From an uncultured Bacteroidota bacterium (GTDB lineage: Bacteria > Bacteroidota > Bacteroidia > Flavobacteriales > Flavobacteriaceae), in assembly GCA_902528705.1 (NCBI GenBank), contig CABZTM010000002.1, positions 1,892 to 65,891 of the forward strand: DNA of 64,000 bases, written 5' to 3'. Of the stretch, positions 1 to 5,986 are shown one piece after another. The notes under the pieces are model-generated. The model saw only the letters and a list, made by a program, of their open reading frames with translations, made no database searches and was not told where the DNA came from. Within the stretch, counting starts at the first letter, position 1. Every line of letters begins with the position of its first letter. The position numbers and the translations under genes were made by a program.

Positions 1-75
1 CCAAAACAGTATGTTGCAACTGTAATAATTCTTTCTGGCGTATATCTTGTGAATAATAAAGCAAAGACTAATTAA
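1..75 (+). CDS. 3' end of a membrane permease gene (EamA/DMT-like last helix suspected); 5' part lies outside the window
   Basis: Frame +1 is open from the window edge to TAA at 73-75. It reads PKQYVATVIILSGVYLVNNKAKTN, a hydrophobic helix plus a basic tail. With only 24 codons, the family call is a guess. Confidence 0.3.
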   Translation, partial: PKQYVATVIILSGVYLVNNKAKTN

Positions 76-754
76 AATCATTTTCATCAAATACTTCATT
101 GAATTTAATTTCATCAAATTCAATTGTAATGGTTTGCATACCATTAATAATCTCTGTTTTGAAAGGGTATAAAATTCCATCCACATCTTTATAATCTGAA
201 AATTTTCTAGTAGTTGTTATTGAGCTTCCCTCTACTTCCATGGTTTCTTCACTCCTTTCTAAAAGCCCTGTATGCACATCATAATACTTAAGTGTTTTAT
301 CATCAATTTTAACTTTGACTAAATCACTAGCTCCAATGGTGACATATCCATCAATTTTCAAAACAGTTGAATCATAGTATAATTCTTCGAAAATCCCTTT
401 TTTTGATTTTGAACTATTTATCTGATCTTCACTAAATGGAACATTTTGACCCATTTGCTCCATATATCCATTATTACCATCAAATTTTTGTTTCATTATG
501 GTTCCAATCTCAGGGGCACTCATTTCAAGTGAGGTTAAATTAGGATTTTGTTGTTTAATAACTACAGATGGTTTGAATGGTGCCTGTGGAATTTCAAAAT
601 TTCCTGACATTTTGATTGATTCGATTGATTCTAATTTATCCTTTCCTCCAATAGCCTCAATATATTGAGAAATAACTTCTTTAGGCGAAATACCGTCTTG
701 GCTGTATGAATTGATAAATAATAGTAATGCAAAAAGTGATAATATATTTTTCAT
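68..754 (-). CDS. secreted hypothetical protein, LolA-like / lipoprotein-sorting-like beta-barrel suspected
   Basis: 228-aa ORF with signal peptide MKNILSLFALLLFINSYSQ. The N-terminal motif YIEAIGGKDKLESIESI resembles Bacteroidota LolA-like proteins. No catalytic motif seen. Confidence 0.55.
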   Translation of the reverse strand: MKNILSLFALLLFINSYSQDGISPKEVISQYIEAIGGKDKLESIESIKMSGNFEIPQAPFKPSVVIKQQNPNLTSLEMSAPEIGTIMKQKFDGNNGYMEQMGQNVPFSEDQINSSKSKKGIFEELYYDSTVLKIDGYVTIGASDLVKVKIDDKTLKYYDVHTGLLERSEETMEVEGSSITTTRKFSDYKDVDGILYPFKTEIINGMQTITIEFDEIKFNEVFDENDFN

Positions 755-836
755 ATGAGCAATTTAACCAATTTTTAGGGCAAAAGTTATCTTTTCAAAT
801 ATTAAATGTTTTTTGTTCAATTTATTGAGATTTAAT

Positions 837-844
837 TATATTTG
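837..844 (+). promoter_or_regulatory. Bacteroidota sigma-A type -7 box (TAnnTTTG) for rplU-rpmA
   Basis: TATATTTG at 837-844 lies 12 nt upstream of the ATG at 857. A TTTG at 812-815 could be the -33 element, 21 nt upstream. Confidence 0.45.
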
Positions 845-856
845 CCCCGCTATAAC

Positions 857-1258
857 ATGAATGCAATAGTTGAAATTTCTGGTAAACAGTATAATGTTGG
901 AAAAAACACCAAGCTTTTTGTTGATAAATTACAAGAAAAAGAAGGTTCCAAAATTACATTCGACAATGTGCTGATGGTAGACAACGGATCTAACACTAAA
1001 GTTGGTAATCCTGTTGTTGCTGGTGCATCTGTTGAGGCAAAAATTGTTAAGCATTTTAAAGATAAAAAAGTTATCGTTTTCAAGAAAAAAAGAAGAAAAG
1101 GATATAAAGTCAAAAATGGCCATAGGCAACAGATGACTGAGATTATCATTGAAAAGGTTAATGAAAAATCTCCTTCGAAGCCTAAAGGAGCGAGTAAGCC
1201 AAATGAAGAAAAACCAAAGACTAAGGCAAAAAAAACAACCAATAAATCAAAAAAATAA
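857..1258 (+). CDS. rplU: 50S ribosomal protein L21 with a Lys-rich C-terminal extension
   Basis: MNAIVEISGKQYNVGKNTKLFVDKL...FKKKRRKGYKVKNGHRQ is a typical L21. I place the start at ATG 857, because the TTG at 842 in the ORF track lies inside the -7 promoter box. The last ~35 aa are K/P/S-rich. Confidence 0.93.
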   Translation: MNAIVEISGKQYNVGKNTKLFVDKLQEKEGSKITFDNVLMVDNGSNTKVGNPVVAGASVEAKIVKHFKDKKVIVFKKKRRKGYKVKNGHRQQMTEIIIEKVNEKSPSKPKGASKPNEEKPKTKAKKTTNKSKK

Positions 1259-1264
1259 TTTAAA

Positions 1265-1525
1265 ATGGCTCACAAAAAAGGTGTTGGTAGTTCCAAAAAC
1301 GGTAGAGAATCAGAATCCAAACGACTTGGTGTTAAAATTTTCGGTGGTCAGATGGCACATGCAGGCAATATCCTGGTAAGACAAAGAGGAACAAAACACA
1401 AAGCAGGAGATAACGTTTATTTAGGTAAAGACCATACACTTCATGCAAAGATTGATGGAGTTGTGAAATTCACAAAGAAAAAAGACAATAAGTCTTTTGT
1501 TTCAGTTCTTCCAATAGAAAAATAA
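1265..1525 (+). CDS. rpmA: 50S ribosomal protein L27
   Basis: [29 protein letters not shown]...ILVRQRGTK is the canonical L27 N-terminus. It starts 6 nt after rplU. Confidence 0.95.
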   Translation: MAHKKGVGSSKNGRESESKRLGVKIFGGQMAHAGNILVRQRGTKHKAGDNVYLGKDHTLHAKIDGVVKFTKKKDNKSFVSVLPIEK

Positions 1526-1552
1526 ATCTCATTTATTTATATTTAAGCCTTT

Positions 1553-2155
1553 ATGGCTTTATTTGATCATACCCATTTTTTAAATCGATTTGAATTATTG
1601 ATTTGGAAAATCAAAAATTCAGAAAAATTGGAGATAAATAACATTGCAAATAGTATTGCAAAAAAAATAGATTCAACCAAATCAATATTAAAGAAAAATC
1701 AAATTCTGGCGGTGCATCAAATTTTAAAATTCAAAGGCTATTGTTCTGATGATCTTATTTATAACAAAAATGGAGCACCCTTCCTGAAAAATGGTTTAAA
1801 GATTTCAATTAGTCATTCAGGGTTTTTTGTAGCAGTTTGTTTATCAAAAGAAAAAATGGGTATTGATTTGCAAATTGTAAATGAAAAAATTTTAAAGGTG
1901 GTTGATAAATTTACTAATCAAATTGAAAAAAAATTAGTGGATGAAAATAATTTGGAAAAATTAACTCAGCTTTGGACAATAAAAGAAGCTGCATACAAAT
2001 ATTTTTCAGTAGGTAAGTTAAGTTTTAAATCTGATATTTTAGTTAGTGAACTGGGGGACGAATCCCAATTAAAAATCAATGTTTCTAACCAAGTTTTGAA
2101 TTTAAAATCCAAAAGCATAATTACATCAAATTATATTTGTAGCATAGTATATTAA
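1553..2155 (+). CDS. 4'-phosphopantetheinyl transferase superfamily protein (Sfp-type)
   Basis: GAPFLKNGLKISISHSGFFVAVC...MGIDLQ and WTIKEAAYK match the PPTase core motifs (G-x-P, ISxSH, GxD, W-x-x-KEA-x-x-K). Confidence 0.75.
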   Translation: MALFDHTHFLNRFELLIWKIKNSEKLEINNIANSIAKKIDSTKSILKKNQILAVHQILKFKGYCSDDLIYNKNGAPFLKNGLKISISHSGFFVAVCLSKEKMGIDLQIVNEKILKVVDKFTNQIEKKLVDENNLEKLTQLWTIKEAAYKYFSVGKLSFKSDILVSELGDESQLKINVSNQVLNLKSKSIITSNYICSIVY

Positions 2156-2787
2156 TGAGTGAGTTAATAAATAAAATTTTTGAGCAGTACAGTCAATATT
2201 CAAACATTGACATCAGCCTAGAACTTATTGCTGTTTTTTTTGGATTACTTTCGGTTTGGTTTTCAAAAAATAATAATGTATTAGTATATCCCACCGGTAT
2301 CATTAATACATCAATTTTCGTTTATTTACTTGTGAAATGGGAACTGTTGGGAGATATGATAATAAATGTTTATTATTTTTTGATGAGTATTTATGGCTGG
2401 TATTATTGGACTAGAAAATCTAATATTACAGGATATACCCCAATCACAAGAATGTATTCAACTGATATTAAGATAATTTTGATCATTATTATTTTGTCAG
2501 TTCTTTTCGTATCCTATTTGTATTCCTTTTTTGAAAAGTGGAGTGGTTTTGTTTCATATGTGGACATCATAACAACAGCAATTTTTTTTGCAGGTATGTG
2601 GTTGATGGCTCGTAGAAAAATTGAAAGCTGGTTTTTTTGGATTTTGGGTGATATAATTTCAGTTCCCCTCTATTTTGTTAAGGGCTTGGCATTCTCTAGT
2701 TTTCAATATCTTATCTTTACATTTATTGCAATTGCTGGTTATTATAAATGGAAAAGTATTTACAACAACAAAAAACAGATCTCATAA
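2155..2787 (+). CDS. pnuC: nicotinamide riboside transporter PnuC family
   Basis: 210-aa polytopic membrane protein. It has the PnuC-like pattern: a W/Y-rich segment YGWYYW, ~7 hydrophobic helices and a C-terminal YYKW. Its start overlaps the upstream stop (ATGA). Confidence 0.75.
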   Translation: MSELINKIFEQYSQYSNIDISLELIAVFFGLLSVWFSKNNNVLVYPTGIINTSIFVYLLVKWELLGDMIINVYYFLMSIYGWYYWTRKSNITGYTPITRMYSTDIKIILIIIILSVLFVSYLYSFFEKWSGFVSYVDIITTAIFFAGMWLMARRKIESWFFWILGDIISVPLYFVKGLAFSSFQYLIFTFIAIAGYYKWKSIYNNKKQIS

Positions 2788-3311
2788 AGGTTGTCCTATT
2801 TGGTCCAGAATCGACTGGAAAAACAAGTTTAGCTATTCAGCTTGCAAAACACTTTAAAACCGTTTATGTAAAGGAATTTGCAAGAGAATTCTTGGAAAAT
2901 AAATTGGCCAAACAAAACAAGATATGTGAGGTTCACGATCTTATCCCAATTGCGATTGGTCAAATGAAGTCAGAAAATGAATTAACTAAAAAAGCAAATG
3001 ATGTACTTTTTTGCGACACAGATCTTCTAACGACTGCAACCTATTCAAGATTATACTTTGATAATTTTTGTGATCCAATAATCGATGAGTACTCAAAAAA
3101 AAATAAATACGATTTGTACTTATTACTGGATGTAGATGTTCCTTGGGTTCACGATGATTTAAGAGATCGACCCAATGACAGAGAATTATTTTTTGAAAAT
3201 TTTAAACAAGCCTTGATCAAACATCACAAACCGTTCAAATTAATTTCAGGCAATTATGGGGAAAGATTGAAAAAATCTATTAATTTTGTTAACGAAATTA
3301 TAGTCAAATAA
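2748..3311 (+). CDS. AAA-type ATPase resembling the ribosylnicotinamide kinase domain of NadR
   Basis: P-loop VVLFGPESTGKTSL sits right at the N-terminus. The protein is 187 aa with a C-terminal WVHDDLRDRP-like motif, as in the NadR kinase module. It overlaps pnuC by 40 nt. No HTH or NMN adenylyltransferase domain is present. Confidence 0.65.
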   Translation: MEKYLQQQKTDLIKVVLFGPESTGKTSLAIQLAKHFKTVYVKEFAREFLENKLAKQNKICEVHDLIPIAIGQMKSENELTKKANDVLFCDTDLLTTATYSRLYFDNFCDPIIDEYSKKNKYDLYLLLDVDVPWVHDDLRDRPNDRELFFENFKQALIKHHKPFKLISGNYGERLKKSINFVNEIIVK

Positions 3312-3313
3312 AT

Positions 3314-3646
3314 TTGAAAAAAAGTTTACTTTCCCTTTTCACAATTTTATTATTTCTACCCCAAATTTTGCAATTTGGCCACATTTTTTTACATGATCAT
3401 CATCACCATCATGATCATCATCATGAAATACACCTTTCAAGCTCGGATCAAACTCTACAGTCACCTGTTATTATTTGTTCCATTTGCTTGATTTATATCT
3501 TCACATCTGATGTGGATTACTACCCAATAATATTTCTCGGTTTTACTATAATTATGTTGACTTATGGATTGATTTTTTCAAAATCATTCTTTAAACAAAT
3601 TGATATAACCAATAATAACTCAAGAGCACCACCTACTAGATTGTAA
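3314..3646 (+). CDS. small His-rich membrane protein (DUF2946 / HYC_CC_PP-like suspected)
   Basis: TTG start 3 nt after the previous stop; 110 aa. Order: hydrophobic N-terminus, tract H-IFL-HDHHHHHDHHHE-I-H (3380-3433), CSIC (3476-3487), two more hydrophobic segments, C-terminal SRAPP (3623-3634). Confidence 0.6.
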   Translation: MKKSLLSLFTILLFLPQILQFGHIFLHDHHHHHDHHHEIHLSSSDQTLQSPVIICSICLIYIFTSDVDYYPIIFLGFTIIMLTYGLIFSKSFFKQIDITNNNSRAPPTRL

Positions 3647-3683
3647 AAAGACTTATAATCAAATTAAATTAAACAAAATAAAT

Positions 3684-5834
3684 ATGAAAAACTTAATAAG
3701 GGCTACCTTGATATTGGCCCTACTTATAACAAATAAAAATTTTTCTCAAGAAGTTGAGATTGATTCAATATTACCTGTATACCTTGATGAGGTGATTGTT
3801 TCAACCCCTTTTGGAGAGACAGCTGATGATAATGTAATAAAAGTTACAAAAGTTGATTTGGCTAAAATGAGTGCTGTAAACACTCAAACAATGAAAGATG
3901 TTCTCGGAGAAACACCAGGACTTTCTTTCATATCGACAGGACCTGGCATATATAAACCAAACATTAGAGGTTTATCATCCAATCGTGTGGTTGTTTTTAA
4001 TCAAAACATTCGCTATGAGAATCAACAATGGGGTGATGAACACGGAATTGATATTGCAACTGGCGGAGTGAGCTCTGTTGAATTGATAAAAGGGCCTGCT
4101 TCCATTTTATATGGAAGTGATGCCATTGGGGGTGTCTTATACTTTAATCCTCAAAAATATCTAAAATACAACGGAACCAAAGGTGATTTTAGTACATTCT
4201 ACAATACGAATTATTCTGGTTTTAATTCCACGATTGGAGTCAGTACAACAATCGATGAATTCAGTTTAATAGCTAGGGCAAGTGTTGTTGAAAACGGTGA
4301 TTATTCAGGATCTCAAAGACCTGACGACAATGATGGTCCATACGAAAGTACCGGGATGGAATCTAAAGATTTTCAACTTGCTTTGGGGTATTCTAAGGGC
4401 AATTATAGTTCTGATTTGAGACTTAATTTCAATGAATCAATACTTTACGTTCCTCACGGAGATGAGGAGGGTCATGATGATCATGATGATGGCGACCATG
4501 ACGATGATGATCATGACGATGATGATCATGACGATGATCATGATGAGGACCATGATGATCACGAAGAGCATGAGGAAGAGGAAAGTTACCAAGATATTGA
4601 GAACTTTATCGTTAGTTGGAAAAATGATGTAAAGTTTGACAATTCGGCATTATCAGTAACTGTGGGTTTTTCTCAGAATTTGAGAAAAGAGTTTGGCCAT
4701 CACGACGAGCATGGTGAAGAACATGGTGATGATGACCATGATGATGACCATGATGATGATCATGATGAAGATCATGATGATCATGACGAGCATGGTGAAG
4801 AGGCTGCACTGGACATGACATTGAGAGTAACTTCACTTGACTGGAAATATGTTAATGAAAAAAATGACAATATTGAGATTGCTGTTGGAGGAAACTTTAT
4901 TCACCAAACAAATGAAAATCATGGAGAAGAGGTCTTAGTACCTAACGCTACAAAAAATGATATGGGACTATTTATGCTTTCGCATTTTCATTTTGATTCC
5001 TCAGATCTAATGATTGGAGCAAGAGCTGACATAAGAAAAATTGATGCAATTGGTATTGAAAAAACATATTCAAGTATGACTGCTTCAGCTGGTTACAAAT
5101 TGGATCTTGGGGGATCTTCTATTTTTAGATTGAATATGGCTTCTGGATATAGAGCTCCTAATTTATCTGAATTGTTTTCTGATGGTGAGCATCATGGAAC
5201 TGGCCGATATGAAATAGGATCTGATCAATTGTCAGTAGAGAAAAATTTTCAAACTGATATTTCTTTTGAGACATCTAATGAAAAATCAAGTTTACTTGTA
5301 GATTTATTTTATAATAATATAAATGATTATATATTCTTAAATCCAACAGGTGCTCAGACTGATGAATTCATGCCTATTTATGAGTATGCACAATCAGATG
5401 CAACTATTCTAGGTGGTGAAATTGCATATTCTTCTGAAACTGGAATTGATTGGTTATCGTACTATGCTTCAATGGAATACTTAAGAGGTAAAAAGAAAAA
5501 TGATGGATGGTTACCAGACATTCCACCAGTAACATTCAAACTCAATCTTGATTTAGATTTTAGTGAAAAAATTAACTATGGAATAGATATTTTACATAAA
5601 GCTAGACAAGATAAAGTTGCAACTTTTGAGAATTCAACTCATTCAAACTTCCTAGTTGATATTTCTGGACAGTATGAATTAAATACTTCATACCCTGGTG
5701 CGAAAGCTCAGTTGTTTTGGAAGGTAGAGAATGTTTTTGACAAGTACTATTACGATCATTTATCCAGATTTAAAAACTACGGTTTTTTTGACATGGGTAG
5801 AAATGTTTCTATTGGACTTAAAATTTCTTATTAG
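3684..5834 (+). CDS. TonB-dependent outer-membrane receptor with two His/Asp/Glu-rich insertions (metal receptor suspected)
   Basis: Signal peptide is followed by plug motifs LDEVIVSTP, IRGLSSNRV and VELIKGPASILYGSDAIGGV. Barrel motif NMASGYRAPNLSELF and terminal aromatic ...GLKISY are present. Two H/D/E tracts fall at residues 258-300 and 339-373. Confidence 0.9.
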   Translation: MKNLIRATLILALLITNKNFSQEVEIDSILPVYLDEVIVSTPFGETADDNVIKVTKVDLAKMSAVNTQTMKDVLGETPGLSFISTGPGIYKPNIRGLSSNRVVVFNQNIRYENQQWGDEHGIDIATGGVSSVELIKGPASILYGSDAIGGVLYFNPQKYLKYNGTKGDFSTFYNTNYSGFNSTIGVSTTIDEFSLIARASVVENGDYSGSQRPDDNDGPYESTGMESKDFQLALGYSKGNYSSDLRLNFNESILYVPHGDEEGHDDHDDGDHDDDDHDDDDHDDDHDEDHDDHEEHEEEESYQDIENFIVSWKNDVKFDNSALSVTVGFSQNLRKEFGHHDEHGEEHGDDDHDDDHDDDHDEDHDDHDEHGEEAALDMTLRVTSLDWKYVNEKNDNIEIAVGGNFIHQTNENHGEEVLVPNATKNDMGLFMLSHFHFDSSDLMIGARADIRKIDAIGIEKTYSSMTASAGYKLDLGGSSIFRLNMASGYRAPNLSELFSDGEHHGTGRYEIGSDQLSVEKNFQTDISFETSNEKSSLLVDLFYNNINDYIFLNPTGAQTDEFMPIYEYAQSDATILGGEIAYSSETGIDWLSYYASMEYLRGKKKNDGWLPDIPPVTFKLNLDLDFSEKINYGIDILHKARQDKVATFENSTHSNFLVDISGQYELNTSYPGAKAQLFWKVENVFDKYYYDHLSRFKNYGFFDMGRNVSIGLKISY
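4455..4583 (+). repeat. low-complexity CAT/GAT/GAC/GAA codon tract encoding HGDEEGHDDHDDGDHDDDDHDDDDHDDDHDEDHDDHEEHEEEE
   Basis: Read directly in the frame of the 3684 ORF. The composition is almost exclusively His/Asp/Glu/Gly. Confidence 0.95.
4698..4802 (+). repeat. second low-complexity tract encoding HHDEHGEEHGDDDHDDDHDDDHDEDHDDHDEHGEE
   Basis: Read directly in frame. It lies 38 residues downstream of the first tract and shares long stretches of identical or near-identical DNA with it, such as catgatgatcatgac. Confidence 0.95.
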
Positions 5835-5845
5835 AATTTAATAAA

Positions 5846-5870
5846 AGCGGCTCACGGGCCGCTTTTTTTT
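5846..5870 (+). terminator. rho-independent terminator after the His-rich TonB receptor
   Basis: AGCGGC (5846-5851), loop TCACGG, GCCGCT (5858-5863), then a T8 run to 5870. It starts 12 nt after the stop codon. Confidence 0.85.
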
Positions 5871-5883
5871 ATAACTTTACTAA

Positions 5884-5955
5884 GATTATTGGGGTGCTAC
5901 GGCTGAGATTATACCCATTGAACCTGACAAAGTAATTTTTGTAAGGAAATGTGAC
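5884..5955 (+). promoter_or_regulatory. TPP (thiamine pyrophosphate, THI-box) riboswitch aptamer
   Basis: GGGGTGC (5891-5897), CTGAGA, ACCC, TTGAACCTGA, a short helix CAAAG-TAAT-TTTTG, then TAAGGAA. This follows the conserved TPP aptamer order: GGGGUGC...CUGAGA...ACCC...GAACCUGA...UAAU loop...AGGGAA. It lies 30-40 nt upstream of the ATG at 5987. Confidence 0.8.
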
Positions 5956-5986
5956 TCACTTTAGAATCCCGTTAAAATATATAATT

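Noticed and set aside
1353-1358. TGGCAC hexamers inside rpmA (1353-1358) and gldK (39211-39216) as possible sigma-54 promoters
   Set aside because: Both are intragenic. Neither has a TTGC-like -12 element at the correct N5 spacing (they are followed by ATGCAGGCA and ATTTTTTAA).
850-1379. ORFs 850-1242(-), 929-1129(-) and 1149-1379(+) overlapping rplU/rpmA
   Set aside because: They lie antisense or out of frame to two unmistakable ribosomal protein genes. Their sequences are low-complexity (F/L/S-rich or K-rich mirror images) with no independent start context, so they are shadow ORFs.
2675-2857. 60-aa ORF spanning the pnuC / kinase junction
   Set aside because: It is an alternative frame of two well-supported genes, with no motif or signal of its own.
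4432-4836. Met/Thr/Ile-rich ORF 4432-4632(+) and His-rich antisense ORF 4612-4836(-)
   Set aside because: Both are frame or strand artefacts of the CAT/GAT triplet tracts. The receptor frame is continuous through the region and has conserved TonB receptor motifs on both sides.
5951-5986. GTG start at 5951 for the second TonB receptor
   Set aside because: These codons overlap the 3' edge of the TPP aptamer and encode a non-signal-like peptide (MTHFRIPLKYII). The signal peptide begins at the Met of 5987.
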